A stretch of DNA of 64,000 nucleotides from Candidatus Pacearchaeota archaeon (GCA_018303925.1 JAGVXF010000007.1:56775-120774); one strand, 5' to 3'. Positions 1 through 9,596 are shown, counted from the stretch's first letter. Notes: generated from the sequence alone by a model not told the origin. Made by a program: numbers and translations.

Positions 1-594
1 TACATTGATCCCTTTAAAATAAGTGAAGGCCTTCCGAAGGCGGATTTGATTTTACTTACCCATGGGCATTATGACCACTGCAGTTTTGAAGACATTGGGA
101 AAATTATCCAAGAAGGAACAAGAATAATAATGACTGCCGACTCTCAAAGCAAGATTGCCCGTTTTCAGATTCCAATAAGGATGGAAGTTGTTTCGCCGGG
201 AGATGAAATTGACCTTGGAACAGTAAAAGTTTCAGCAGTTCCCGCTTACAATATAAATAAAACTTTTCACACAAAAGAGGAAGGTCTTGTTGGGTATGTT
301 ATAAAAACAAATGACGTCATAATTTATCATGCCGGGGACACAGATATAATTCCTGAAATGCAAAAATTAACGGGGCATAACCAACCGGATAAAAAGTTTA
401 TTGCCCTTCTTCCTATTGGAGGCAGATTTACGATGAGCGCTGAAGAAGCATTTGAAGCCGCAAAAATAATGAAACCAGCAATTGTAATCCCAATGCATTG
501 GGGGACAATTATTGGAACAGAAAAAGACGCCCAGGAATTTAAGGAGCTTTGCGAGGCTGAAGGAATTCAGGCTGAAATTTTGGAAAAGGAGTGA
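1..594 (+). CDS. Metallo-beta-lactamase-fold metal-dependent hydrolase; 5' end runs off the window edge
   Basis: HGHYDH motif (HxHxDH) near the N-terminus and overall MBL-fold hydrolase pattern. The reading frame is open back to position 1, so the gene is 5' partial. Confidence 0.6.
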   Translation, partial: YIDPFKISEGLPKADLILLTHGHYDHCSFEDIGKIIQEGTRIIMTADSQSKIARFQIPIRMEVVSPGDEIDLGTVKVSAVPAYNINKTFHTKEEGLVGYVIKTNDVIIYHAGDTDIIPEMQKLTGHNQPDKKFIALLPIGGRFTMSAEEAFEAAKIMKPAIVIPMHWGTIIGTEKDAQEFKELCEAEGIQAEILEKE

Positions 595-633
595 ATTGGA
601 TATATTTTTAACCAAAACCTCTTTTAATTTTTC

Positions 634-1200
634 ATGTCAGAATACAATTTCTTGCAGAGAAAAAATGATGTTTTGAAAAAGGTTGACAAATCTTATGCTG
701 GAGGGTGGGATAAAAAAATTGCTGCTCTTTGTGAAAAGATAAACAAAAGCCCAAACTATTACACAACTTCGTCGTGCTCGGGGCGGGTTCTTATAATGAT
801 TGATCAAATGAAAAAAGGAGCAGGGCTTTTTATTTGGATGAGCCACGATAAAATAACCCCCAAAGAGGTGAGAGATAAGTTGGAAAATTTTAAAGAAAAA
901 GAGCTTTTGAAATTCAAGTGTGAGCCTCCGATAATTCATATTGTTTGTAAAACCCTTAAAGATGCCAAAGAAATACTGAGGAAAGGCCAGAAAGCCGGCT
1001 TCAAAAATTCAGGAATAATAAGCCTTTCAAGGAATATTGTTGCTGAGATTCATGGGACTGAAAAATTTGAGTTTCCTGTATTTAAGTGCGGAAAGTTTCT
1101 TATCGGGGATAAATTTATCAGATTAGTTGTTGAAAAAAGCAATAAAAAGCTTGAAAAAGGCTGGAAGATAATTGGCAAACTTGACGGGTTAATTTCATAA
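634..1200 (+). CDS. tRNA wybutosine/wyosine-synthesizing protein 3 homolog (Taw3/Tyw3-like methyltransferase)
   Basis: Length about 190 aa and the motif TTSSCSGR, which matches the conserved (S/T)xSSCxGR signature I recall for the TYW3/Taw3 family. The assignment rests on that motif alone. Confidence 0.45.
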   Translation: MSEYNFLQRKNDVLKKVDKSYAGGWDKKIAALCEKINKSPNYYTTSSCSGRVLIMIDQMKKGAGLFIWMSHDKITPKEVRDKLENFKEKELLKFKCEPPIIHIVCKTLKDAKEILRKGQKAGFKNSGIISLSRNIVAEIHGTEKFEFPVFKCGKFLIGDKFIRLVVEKSNKKLEKGWKIIGKLDGLIS

Positions 1201-1231
1201 CTTTTTTATAATCTCTCTGCTTTAAATTTCA

Positions 1232-1456
1232 ATGAACAAAAGTGATATTCCTAAGTTTATCTCAGCAGGTCTTAAGAGAGGTCTTTCTATTGAAGAAATT
1301 AAAGAACATCTTCTCGCAAGAGGATTTTTTGACTGTGACATAAGTGAAGCGGTTAATCAGTTGAATTTAAAAGAGTTTACTGAAAAAGAGAAAAAACCCG
1401 AGCCAAAAAAGGAAGAAACAATCGAGGGATGGGACAAAGATTTGGTTGATGACTGA
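1232..1456 (+). CDS. Hypothetical small acidic/basic protein (74 aa)
   Basis: ORF with coding-like composition lying between two same-strand genes. No recognisable motif. Confidence 0.3.
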   Translation: MNKSDIPKFISAGLKRGLSIEEIKEHLLARGFFDCDISEAVNQLNLKEFTEKEKKPEPKKEETIEGWDKDLVDD

Positions 1457-1578
1457 TTTTTTCTCTAAAATTTTTGAAGAGAAATATTTTTTCACTTAAC
1501 TAAATATATTTAAATAGAAGTTAATTATTTTTTAGTATGGGAAACTTTGCATAAGCAAAGTTTTTGATACAAGAAAAA

Positions 1579-1584
1579 AGGAGG
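1579..1584 (+). promoter_or_regulatory. Shine-Dalgarno-like AGGAGG 15 nt upstream of the ftsZ ATG
   Basis: The sequence aaggaggag precedes the ATG at 1600. A similar aaggagg lies 16 nt upstream of the ATG of the giant gene at 24601. Confidence 0.35.
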
Positions 1585-1599
1585 AGATAAAAAAAATTT

Positions 1600-2679
1600 A
1601 TGGTACTTGATTTTGCAAAAGAAGCAATTCAAAATGCTGAAACGCATAGCATAAACTTTGATGAATTGAAAGCAGGTAAAGCTGCAATTAAGGTTATCGG
1701 AGTCGGAGGGTGCGGGTCAAACATGATTACCTGGCTTTTTAACAAAGGAATTAATGGAGCAACGATTTACGCTGCAAATACTGATGCACTTCACCTTAGT
1801 GTAACAAAGGCTGATGAGAAAATTCTTTTAGGAAGGGAATTAACTCGTGGTCTTGGTGCCGGGGGAAAGGCTACTCGTGGGAGAGAGGCAGCTAAAGAAT
1901 CTTTGGTTGACTTGAAAAAGGCTGTTTCAGGTTCTGACATGGTTTTTGTTCTTGGCGGAATGGGTGGCGGAACAGGGACAGGCGGAGCGCCTGTTGTAGC
2001 GCAACTCGCTAAAGAGACAGGGGCGGTAGTTATTGGCGTTGTTACAATGCCTTTTGAATCTGAAAAAGCAAGAATTGACAAAGCAGAATTTGGATTGCAG
2101 GAATTAAGAGAAGCGACAGACACTTGTATTGTTCTTGACAACAATAGGTTAGTTGATATTGCAGGACAGCTTCCTTTAGAGCAGGCTTTTGCGGTTGCAA
2201 ATGAACTTGTGAGTACAATGGTTAAAGGAATAGTTGAAACAATAACTTTGCCTTCTTTAATTAACCTTGACTATGCTGATGTTTCGGCTATTATGAAAAA
2301 CGGCGGAGTTGCGGTTATTGGAATCGGAGAATCAGATGCTGCGGATCGTGTGCAGGAATCAGTTAAGCAAGCCCTTACTCATCCTCTACTTGATGTGGAT
2401 TACAAAGGTGCGAGCGGAGCTTTAGTGCACATAACATGCGGACCTGATTTGAAACTTGAAGAATTTGATGTTATTGGTAGAACTGTTTCAGAAAACCTTA
2501 GTGCTGATGCGCAGGTTATAATTGGTGCAAGGATTTCAAAAGACTTTATTGGGAAAGTGCGTGTCATAACAATTATGACTGGAGTTAAATCTCCGTACGT
2601 CCTAGGAAGGGATTTTGAAGATGCTGTAATGCCCAAATCCAGAGAATTGTCGGACCTTGGAATTGATATCTACGGATAA
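1600..2679 (+). CDS. ftsZ: Cell division GTPase FtsZ
   Basis: Tubulin/FtsZ signature GGGTGTG (GGMGGGTGTGGAPVVA), a GGCGSNM N-terminal G-box, and a length of 359 aa. Confidence 0.95.
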   Translation: MVLDFAKEAIQNAETHSINFDELKAGKAAIKVIGVGGCGSNMITWLFNKGINGATIYAANTDALHLSVTKADEKILLGRELTRGLGAGGKATRGREAAKESLVDLKKAVSGSDMVFVLGGMGGGTGTGGAPVVAQLAKETGAVVIGVVTMPFESEKARIDKAEFGLQELREATDTCIVLDNNRLVDIAGQLPLEQAFAVANELVSTMVKGIVETITLPSLINLDYADVSAIMKNGGVAVIGIGESDAADRVQESVKQALTHPLLDVDYKGASGALVHITCGPDLKLEEFDVIGRTVSENLSADAQVIIGARISKDFIGKVRVITIMTGVKSPYVLGRDFEDAVMPKSRELSDLGIDIYG

Positions 2680-2718
2680 AAATTCTTATGGAGTAGTTTA
2701 TTTTTTTTATTTTTTCGG

Positions 2719-2754
2719 GAAGCCCGGGAAAACGGGCTTCTTATTTTTGTTTTT
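2719..2754 (+). terminator. Hairpin plus oligo-T terminator downstream of ftsZ
   Basis: Perfect 8-bp inverted repeat GAAGCCCG-ggaaaa-CGGGCTTC immediately followed by ttatttttgttttt. This sits 40 nt after the ftsZ stop codon. Confidence 0.5.
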
Positions 2755-2791
2755 AAGAGGGATTTAAATATTCTCTTTATCTTGAGAAATT

Positions 2792-3523
2792 ATGAAAATG
2801 ATTAAAGAAATTGTGGACAACCTTCCAAGCGAGGGTTATGCGGTTTTTGATTTTGATAACACTTGCATAATAAATGATATTCAAGAAGCTTTACTTGCTT
2901 ATTTGTGTGAGAATTCCATTTTGAAAAACTTTAATGGGGAGGAAGTTTTTAAGAAATATTACCAGTTAATTGAAAGTTCAAAACTTCATGAAGCTTATGA
3001 ATTTGCTGTGTCTGTTTTTTGGGGTTTTTCCTTGGATGAATTGAGAAAATTTACTAAGGATTCTATTGATTCAGAAGGCTCCAGGATTACAAAAAGAGAA
3101 CTTTTTGGAATAAAGATAAATAAGGGAATAAAAAGAAATGAATCTATCTACAAATTAATGAAACTTATGTACATAAAAGGTTATAAGATTTATATTGTGA
3201 GCACGTCAAGTAAATATGTTGTTGAATGGGCATTCAAAAGATTTTTTTCGAATATTTCTGCCAACGTTATCGGAATTGAAAATATAATTAAAAATAGAAT
3301 TTTGACGGATGAATTAGTTTACCCATTGTCAGTATATGGGGGAAAGGTTGAAAATATAAAGAATAAAATTTCTGGAAATGAAAAACCAATTTTAGCGGTG
3401 GGGGATTCAATTGGGGACGAAAAGATGCTTGAATATTCTCAGGTAAAAATTGTTGTAGACAGAAATAACCAGTTAACAAAAATTGCAAAGGACAAAGGTT
3501 GGATCGTTCTTCTACAGAGATGA
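2792..3523 (+). CDS. HAD-superfamily hydrolase (phosphatase-like)
   Basis: N-terminal DxDxT motif (FDFDNT) and a C-terminal GDSIGD motif, as in HAD phosphatases. Confidence 0.6.
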   Translation: MKMIKEIVDNLPSEGYAVFDFDNTCIINDIQEALLAYLCENSILKNFNGEEVFKKYYQLIESSKLHEAYEFAVSVFWGFSLDELRKFTKDSIDSEGSRITKRELFGIKINKGIKRNESIYKLMKLMYIKGYKIYIVSTSSKYVVEWAFKRFFSNISANVIGIENIIKNRILTDELVYPLSVYGGKVENIKNKISGNEKPILAVGDSIGDEKMLEYSQVKIVVDRNNQLTKIAKDKGWIVLLQR

Positions 3524-4099
3524 TTAATACCCTTCAGGATATCTTGACTCAATCTTTTCAACTTTTTTCATCCTGTCGTGTTCCCACTGATTGAAGTAAA
3601 GAATATTGTAAATGTCAGATTTGGGTTTTTGTTTCTTTTTCTTTTCGGCAGAATATCCTATGGGAAAAAGAGCTTCAATTTCGTGGTTCTCCGGAATTTT
3701 GAGTATATTTTTTATTTTTTCCTCATTGAAGTGTCCTATCCAGCATGTTCCCAGCCCGAAATTTGTCAAGCTCAAAAGAAAATTTTCTATTGCGGCTCCT
3801 GCCTGCTGGTGGGAAAAAATTTCACCTTTTTTCGGAAAGGGCGTTTTAACAAGCAAACTGTTGGAAACTGCAACAACAACATATTTGGCTTCTGCAATGA
3901 ATTCCTGTTCAGCCCATTTTGCGATTTCTTCAATTATTTTTTTATCATCCACTATGACAAATTTCATAGAAAAGATATCTCCGGCCATTGGGGCATATTG
4001 TGAGGAATTAATTGATTCAATAATATCCCTCCAGTCTGGTTTCTTTGAAGAAAATTTTCTGACACTTTTCCTTGACTTGATTGCGTCGGGTAATTCCAT
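3524..4099 (-). CDS. Nitroreductase-family flavoprotein
   Basis: N-terminal SRKSVRKF matches the nitroreductase RxSxRxF signature. Length 191 aa. Confidence 0.6.
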   Translation of the reverse strand: MELPDAIKSRKSVRKFSSKKPDWRDIIESINSSQYAPMAGDIFSMKFVIVDDKKIIEEIAKWAEQEFIAEAKYVVVAVSNSLLVKTPFPKKGEIFSHQQAGAAIENFLLSLTNFGLGTCWIGHFNEEKIKNILKIPENHEIEALFPIGYSAEKKKKQKPKSDIYNILYFNQWEHDRMKKVEKIESRYPEGY

Positions 4100-4354
4100 T
4101 AATTAATCAGGTTAATGGGATTTTTAAGTTTGACGGGTTTTATTTCCCCCTATTCCAGACCAGTATTTCCAAATGATTCGTTCGCTTCCGCTCAATTTTT
4201 TATTTCTATGAAATTCACACCCATTTAATTTTTCCGCCAAGGGTTGTTAATACCAGAAAAAATTTAGAGAAGGTTTTTTAAGTGTTAGTAAGACCCCTTT
4301 AATCAATTTAGAAGTTGTTTTATCGTTAATTCTTTTTTTCAAATTTTTGGAAGT

Positions 4355-5479
4355 TTAACCAAAACCAATAACTCCCCCGCCAAGGCATTTTGTTTTATGG
4401 TAAAGAACTATTGCCTGACCTTCGGAGACTCCATTTATTGCTTTGTTTAGTATGACTTTTATTTTTCCTTTTTCTTCCGAAATTTTTGAAGGAATAAGTT
4501 CGCCGACCTGTCTTATTCTTGAAAAGATTCGTTTATGTTTTAGAAATTCTTTTTTTGTTTCATCTATAAGATGAAGATTGTCCACCATTATAATTTTTCG
4601 GTAAAGAATGGGGTGGCCTTCTGGCGCTGCTGTGAGAGTATTTGTTTTAACATCTTTTTTTGAAACATACCACTTGCTCATTCTTTTTGTTGTTTTGTCT
4701 TTTCTTTCAATTTCGAATCCATAGCGTGGTCCGAGTCTTTGTCCTATTGTATAAAAATAAACTCCATCATGTTTTCCAATAACATTTCCCTCTGGATCAA
4801 GAATTTTTCCAATCTTTGGTTTTATTTTTTTAGAGAGGAAATTTTTAAGATTAACTTTTCCGATGAAGCAAATTCCAACTGTTCCTTTTTTGTCAGCATT
4901 TTGAAATCCGTTTTTTCTTGCAAGGGCTCTCACTTTCTTTTTTGTTAAGTTTCCTATAGGAAAAAGCGTGCGGGAGAGTTCATCCTGATTTTGCCTGTAT
5001 AAAAAGTATGACTGGTCTTTATTTTCATCTTTTGCACGATGAAGTTCATAATTTTTTCCTTTCTTTTTTATCCTTGCATAGTGTCCTGTTGCAATCAAAT
5101 TAATTCCTGCTTTTTTGGCAGCCTCAATTAACAACGGGAATTTTATTTTTTCATTGCAATCAATGTCTGGGTTTGGGGTAATTCCCGCTTTATATTTTTT
5201 GAACATTTCGTCAACCACCAATTTTTTGTATTCTTTTTCAAAGTCAAGTGTTACAAATGTTATTCCTAATTTTGTTGCAATTTTCATTGCATAATCTCTT
5301 TCTTCAATCCATGCGCACTTGCCTGTTATTTTATTTTTGGTGTCAGACCAATTTTTCATGAAAGCCCCATAAATCTTATAACCTTTTTTTTTCAGGAAAA
5401 GCGCTGCTACGGAAGAGTCCACTCCCCCCGACATTGCCAGAAGGACTTTTTGTTTTGGTTTATTTTTAAATTGGTTCAT
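4355..5479 (-). CDS. mnmA: tRNA-specific 2-thiouridylase MnmA (bacterial-type)
   Basis: PP-loop SGGVDSS, plus NPDIDCN, ATGHYAR, DQSYFL, GICFIG and YTIGQR motifs, all in MnmA order. Confidence 0.85.
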   Translation of the reverse strand: MNQFKNKPKQKVLLAMSGGVDSSVAALFLKKKGYKIYGAFMKNWSDTKNKITGKCAWIEERDYAMKIATKLGITFVTLDFEKEYKKLVVDEMFKKYKAGITPNPDIDCNEKIKFPLLIEAAKKAGINLIATGHYARIKKKGKNYELHRAKDENKDQSYFLYRQNQDELSRTLFPIGNLTKKKVRALARKNGFQNADKKGTVGICFIGKVNLKNFLSKKIKPKIGKILDPEGNVIGKHDGVYFYTIGQRLGPRYGFEIERKDKTTKRMSKWYVSKKDVKTNTLTAAPEGHPILYRKIIMVDNLHLIDETKKEFLKHKRIFSRIRQVGELIPSKISEEKGKIKVILNKAINGVSEGQAIVLYHKTKCLGGGVIGFG

Positions 5480-5522
5480 AGAAATATTTGTTTGTGAAGT
5501 ATTTTAAGGGTTTTGGAAGGAA

Positions 5523-5620
5523 CGTCTGAGGGAGGGCTCGAACCTCCGACCTATCGGTCTCAGCGAAAAATTTTAATTTTTCGTAACAGCCGATCGCTCC
5601 ACCAACTGAGCTACTCAGAC
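5523..5620 (-). tRNA. tRNA-Asn(GTT) with a 25-nt intron between positions 37 and 38
   Basis: Reverse complement reads GTCTGAG TA GCTC AGTTGGTG GAGC G ATCGG CUGUUA[intron]A CCGAT AGGTC GGAGG TTCGAGC CCTCC CTCAGAC G. Acceptor, D, anticodon and T stems all pair. The intron CGAAAAATTAAAATTTTTCGCTGAG contains a perfect 9-bp hairpin consistent with a bulge-helix-bulge splice substrate. Confidence 0.8.
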
Positions 5621-5647
5621 CTATACTTAGTTTAAAGAAATTCTTAT

Positions 5648-6166
5648 TTAAAGGTTTTTATTCTTTTTTTCCTTCAGCCCCAAATCCAAAACAGGGTCTT
5701 CTTTTCTTTTTTCAAGGCCCTTGTAAACATTTGCATGTTTTGAGCCCTGAATAATTTGTATAACTGCCTCAATTGCGGGTTTTATTCTTTCAGGGTCGCC
5801 GATTATTCCAATTTCATTATTTTTTAGTTCAAGAGAGCACTTTGTCAGTTCTGAAAGAGTTGAAAGGGTCTTTCCGTTTTTTCCGATTATTCTTCCTCTT
5901 ATTTTTACAAGGTTTCCTCTTCTTGCGTAATCCTTAATATTTAAAATATCAAATTCAAGTTCGTGTTTTTTTATTGAGAGCGCATCAGAAAAACTAAATC
6001 CCATGCCGAGAGCATCAAGAACCTTTGTTGCTATGAATTCATCTTCAGGAGACCCTTCAAGGATCACTTCTTTTTCACTATTTGCAATTTTTACCTTAAG
6101 GACTTTTTCAAGTTTTTTTCTGTTTTTGGTTATCCTTTCAAAGTCATCGCATATTATTGTTGCCAT
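5648..6166 (-). CDS. KH-domain RNA-binding protein (aDim2/Pno1-like)
   Basis: Two KH-like segments. The C-terminal one carries a GXXG loop (IIGKNGKT). Size of 172 aa and adjacency to aIF-1A are typical of archaeal Dim2-like proteins. Confidence 0.5.
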   Translation of the reverse strand: MATIICDDFERITKNRKKLEKVLKVKIANSEKEVILEGSPEDEFIATKVLDALGMGFSFSDALSIKKHELEFDILNIKDYARRGNLVKIRGRIIGKNGKTLSTLSELTKCSLELKNNEIGIIGDPERIKPAIEAVIQIIQGSKHANVYKGLEKRKEDPVLDLGLKEKKNKNL

Positions 6167-6232
6167 CTTTACGAGAAAAATCAGGGGATTATAAGTTTTT
6201 TGGAGGTTTTCATTGTTGAAAAATATTAAGTC

Positions 6233-6556
6233 TTAAAACTCTTCGCTTTCTTTTTCAAGGTAGCCATTTTTTTTGAGCCATGTAATCTGGCTTGGTTTGT
6301 ATTTTAAAAGTATTTCCCCTTTATTGTTGTCAAACTCCCAGGGTTCAATTATTATTACATCCCCTGGCCGAAGCCAAAGTTTTCTTTTTAACCTTCCAGG
6401 AACTCTTCCGAGCCTTTCTTTTCCGTCAAGGCAAGTGACTTTCATTTTGTTTCCGCCGTATCGCTGCTCTATAATTCCAATTAGTTCACGACCTCTTGGA
6501 AGGGGTGCGCGGGTTATTTTTTCTTCTTCCTGATCAATTTCTTTTGCCATACACAT
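6233..6556 (-). CDS. Translation initiation factor aIF-1A
   Basis: S1-like OB fold with GRVPGRLKRKLWLRPGDVIIIEPWEF, which matches the e/aIF-1A core. Confidence 0.85.
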   Translation of the reverse strand: MCMAKEIDQEEEKITRAPLPRGRELIGIIEQRYGGNKMKVTCLDGKERLGRVPGRLKRKLWLRPGDVIIIEPWEFDNNKGEILLKYKPSQITWLKKNGYLEKESEEF

Positions 6557-6666
6557 AAATAAAGAAATTTGTTTATAAGGGTTTTGGGTTTGAAAATCTG
6601 ATAAATGAATTGAGAACTGTTTTTTGATAATTATTTTATTTTTTGTTGGGCGAGTAGTTTAACTTT

Positions 6667-6990
6667 TTACAACAAAACCAAACTGTAAGGAATCCCGTCA
6701 ATCTTCATAATTGCCTCTTTTTTTATTATTCCTGTTTCAAGTGCGCAGGCAACTGACTCTTTTCCTACAATATTAAAGGTTGCGTCTTCTTTTGTCATTT
6801 CAAGGATTATTTCTTTCACTTCCTCCTTTGAAAGGGAATTTTCAGATTCGCTTTTGTAAAAAGATTCTTTCACGTCAAGCTGCTTATTTCCCTCGAAGAA
6901 TTTTTTTCCTACCAGTTCTTCGTCTGCTATTGCAACAACATTTCTGTAAGATTCAATTATTTTTACAAACATTTTAGTTTTCCCTGTCAT
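6667..6990 (-). CDS. Conserved hypothetical protein (possibly DUF424-like)
   Basis: 107-aa ORF. The segment NVVAIADEELVGKKF resembles a small archaeal conserved family. The family name is uncertain. Confidence 0.35.
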   Translation of the reverse strand: MTGKTKMFVKIIESYRNVVAIADEELVGKKFFEGNKQLDVKESFYKSESENSLSKEEVKEIILEMTKEDATFNIVGKESVACALETGIIKKEAIMKIDGIPYSLVLL

Positions 6991-7018
6991 AACAAAAATA
7001 AAACAAAAAATAATTTAT

Positions 7019-7213
7019 TTAATATCCTTTTTTAGCTTCCCCTTTCTTTATCGCTTCTTCTGCTTTTTCCTTTGACATCATTGCGCAAACAGTTATCCCT
7101 GTTTCAGGGCACTTTCCTTTTGCAATGAATCCCCCTCTTGAAGTGTTGCTTATTACGGGGTCTTTTATATTCACTTTTTTCTTTGCTTTAACACTGTATC
7201 CTTGTATTGCCAT
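7019..7213 (-). CDS. Hypothetical small basic protein (64 aa)
   Basis: ORF between aIF-2beta and the upstream gene on the same strand. Lys-rich with a CPETG...VC pair. No family recognised. Confidence 0.3.
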   Translation of the reverse strand: MAIQGYSVKAKKKVNIKDPVISNTSRGGFIAKGKCPETGITVCAMMSKEKAEEAIKKGEAKKGY

Positions 7214-7299
7214 TTTTTTACCTCCTTCTCATTCTTTTGTAAAATTTAATAGTCAATTTGTTTTTTAAAGTTTCTGGAACCAGTTTAGAGTTGTAATTT

Positions 7300-7710
7300 T
7301 TATATTTTTGAGTTCACCGGATGCTTTGCTCCGCATGCAAGGCAATGGAGCATTGAAAACTTTCCTTCTTTGATTATTTCTGTGTCCGGCTTTTTGCATT
7401 CTCTGCAAAGGACAAATTCTTCAACATACTGCTCAATTTTGAGGTTTATCTTTTTACTTGGGACTTTCATGTTCAAAATGATTCTTTCCCCGTCAATAAC
7501 AGCTTTTGCGGCAAGCTCTTTAGTTAAAAATTTTAAGAGGTGCTCCGGTCCTCTTCTTAATGATGAGGCAATCTGAAAAAAGTTTGTAAGGAGAGTCCTT
7601 TTTCCCTCAAAGCGCCCTTCAATTTTTGGAATTTCAAATCTGTTTCCATTTCCTTCTACGACCTTTACTTTTCCGTACGCTTCATCAAGTAATTGTTCAT
7701 AAGGTTCCAT
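7300..7710 (-). CDS. Translation initiation factor aIF-2 beta subunit
   Basis: Conserved core (TNF..I...L.R.P.H...FL..EL) and a C-terminal C4 zinc ribbon CRECKKPDT...CLACGA. Confidence 0.85.
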   Translation of the reverse strand: MEPYEQLLDEAYGKVKVVEGNGNRFEIPKIEGRFEGKRTLLTNFFQIASSLRRGPEHLLKFLTKELAAKAVIDGERIILNMKVPSKKINLKIEQYVEEFVLCRECKKPDTEIIKEGKFSMLHCLACGAKHPVNSKI

Positions 7711-7812
7711 GAAGTAGGAAGAAAGAGGGGGTTTTTAAGTGTTTTTGGAAGAATTGCTACCTTAAAAGTTGGCGGCGGATAGGTTTTTAAAATTCTTTTT
7801 ATTAATAAGTGA

Positions 7813-8469
7813 ATGGGGATAAAAGAGGATAATTTGAAGAAGATATTTGAAATTATGAAAACTCTCCCTGTTTTTTGGAATGGTAAAAAATCAATTTTGG
7901 AAATGAAAGAGAATAATTTTGACCAGTGGAAACAGATGGAATGGATTGGTTTTTATTTTGAGTTTTTATGTGAAAAATATTTAAAAGGATTTATGGAATT
8001 TCATAAAATAAAATATGGAAATACTTCTTTTGATGGTTTCCTGGAAATTCCTTTTGATTTTAAATCTCATGCAATAAACACAGAGAGCCACAGAGTCATA
8101 ATTAATGATACTGAAGCGACGATTAAAGCAATAGAAGAATATGGCTTTGTTATTGTGATTATGGCACTCGGTGAAGTTACTTATAATGATGTAAACAGGA
8201 CTTTCCAAAAATGGCATGAGAAAATAAAAGGCGGAAAATCAAAATATGAAGAAGAACGAATAAAGAGGGGTGCTTTGTCAAGATTAAGAAAGACCGAATT
8301 TAACCTTAAAGAATTGAGATTTATTAAAATCAATAAAGGAACTTTGGAAAGGTGCGGCTCATTTCAAAAAAATTTCAGAAATGCGGATGGCTCGCTGAGA
8401 AGATCTAAAGTTTTGCTTGATTTGGAAAAATTAAAAGATGAAGAAGTGATTAAAAGAATGAAATTTTAA
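7813..8469 (+). CDS. Putative type II restriction endonuclease (candidate cognate of the adjacent MTase)
   Basis: 218-aa ORF convergent with the DNA methyltransferase, with the two 3' ends overlapping by 4 nt. Contains a possible PD-(D/E)xK-like element FDG...EIPFDFK. No family-level match is possible by eye. Confidence 0.3.
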   Translation: MGIKEDNLKKIFEIMKTLPVFWNGKKSILEMKENNFDQWKQMEWIGFYFEFLCEKYLKGFMEFHKIKYGNTSFDGFLEIPFDFKSHAINTESHRVIINDTEATIKAIEEYGFVIVIMALGEVTYNDVNRTFQKWHEKIKGGKSKYEEERIKRGALSRLRKTEFNLKELRFIKINKGTLERCGSFQKNFRNADGSLRRSKVLLDLEKLKDEEVIKRMKF

Positions 8470-9266
8470 TAACCATTCTTTTTTTTCCAAAAGTCTGTTA
8501 TTTTTTTGTCTTGCATTAATCCGTTTTTGTTAAAATAATATTCAATGAGATGTTCAAAAACTATTTTTCCATTTTCATTTAAATCCCCAATTAAAAAATC
8601 CCTGTCTAACATGGAAGCAACAACCCCCACCATGCCGCTACCACTGAGAGGATCAAAGATTAAATCCTCTTTGTCTGAAAAATGTTCTAATAAACATTTA
8701 AGCAATTTGAAGGGCAACCTCGTCGGATATTTTGGCATATTCATTTTGTAATCTCTGATAAATTTTAAGGTTGTTAAATTTGGCTCTCCCTCTGTGCAGT
8801 GATGAGTAGAGCAACGATTATTATAATGCCATCCCCCATCTTTTGTAATCCAAAAGATCTCATAAACATTATGGGCTGGTCTTAACTTGCACGCTGGAGC
8901 AAAATTATAAGTCCAATACATTTTACCTCTTAATGTTAATCCTTCAAATTTCATAATCTCATTATGGATTAAATTGCTGTTATTCCAACCTGAAAAAATT
9001 AACGCTTGTCCGCTTTGTTTCAAATTGTCTTTTATGGTTTTTAATAATTGTTTTATTCTCTCGGAGTATTCACTAACTTTCCATTCAACATAACCACTAA
9101 CGACATTATCAGAATTTCTGTGATAGTTTCCGTTTTTTCCGCTAAACTCAATTCCAAAAGGGGGGTCTGTAATAATTAAATCGGCATTAACCCCTTTCCA
9201 ATCTTTCATATCTTTTATCTCATATTTTTTTAACAATTCCAATTTTATATTTTCTTTGCTTTCCAT
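8466..9266 (-). CDS. Beta-class DNA methyltransferase (N6-adenine or N4-cytosine), type II R-M
   Basis: Catalytic motif IV DPPF near the N-terminus (ITDPPFG). AdoMet motif I FDPLSGSGM lies near the C-terminus. The order IV before I indicates the beta class. Confidence 0.8.
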   Translation of the reverse strand: MESKENIKLELLKKYEIKDMKDWKGVNADLIITDPPFGIEFSGKNGNYHRNSDNVVSGYVEWKVSEYSERIKQLLKTIKDNLKQSGQALIFSGWNNSNLIHNEIMKFEGLTLRGKMYWTYNFAPACKLRPAHNVYEIFWITKDGGWHYNNRCSTHHCTEGEPNLTTLKFIRDYKMNMPKYPTRLPFKLLKCLLEHFSDKEDLIFDPLSGSGMVGVVASMLDRDFLIGDLNENGKIVFEHLIEYYFNKNGLMQDKKITDFWKKKNGY

Positions 9267-9281
9267 TTTTCAATTTTTTTC

Positions 9282-9515
9282 TTAAAGAGATAAAATTTCA
9301 GAACGAGATCCACCGCTTATAACCTTAATGACTTTTCGTTTTTTGAGGGTGTCTATATCTCGGCTTATAACTTGGTAAGTTGTTGCTTTTCCAAATTTTT
9401 TCTCTTGTTTTTTCATAACCTCTTTGTAAAGGTCACCTCGCCTTATCTTTTTATTCTCTCTCAAAACTTCAAGAATCAAGGGGATATTCTTGAATTGATT
9501 TAAGTGTTTGTCCAT
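9282..9515 (-). CDS. Small winged-helix DNA-binding protein upstream of the MTase
   Basis: 77 aa with wHTH-like IPLILEVLRENKKIRRGDLYKEV. Same strand as the methyltransferase and immediately 5' of it. Confidence 0.4.
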   Translation of the reverse strand: MDKHLNQFKNIPLILEVLRENKKIRRGDLYKEVMKKQEKKFGKATTYQVISRDIDTLKKRKVIKVISGGSRSEILSL

Positions 9516-9596
9516 TTCAATACCTCTTATTTTTTTAAGAAGAGCTTTATTATAAAGCTTTCTATTTATTTTTTCATCTCTTCCTTTTTACGAGTC

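Noticed and set aside
1791-2144. Pro/Ala-rich 117-aa ORF antisense within ftsZ, and the 2400..2636 ORF
   Set aside because: They are the reverse reading of the Gly-rich GGN codons of the FtsZ tubulin loop. No independent support.
3578-4106. Two overlapping plus-strand ORFs inside the nitroreductase gene
   Set aside because: They are antisense to a motif-supported CDS and their composition is implausible.
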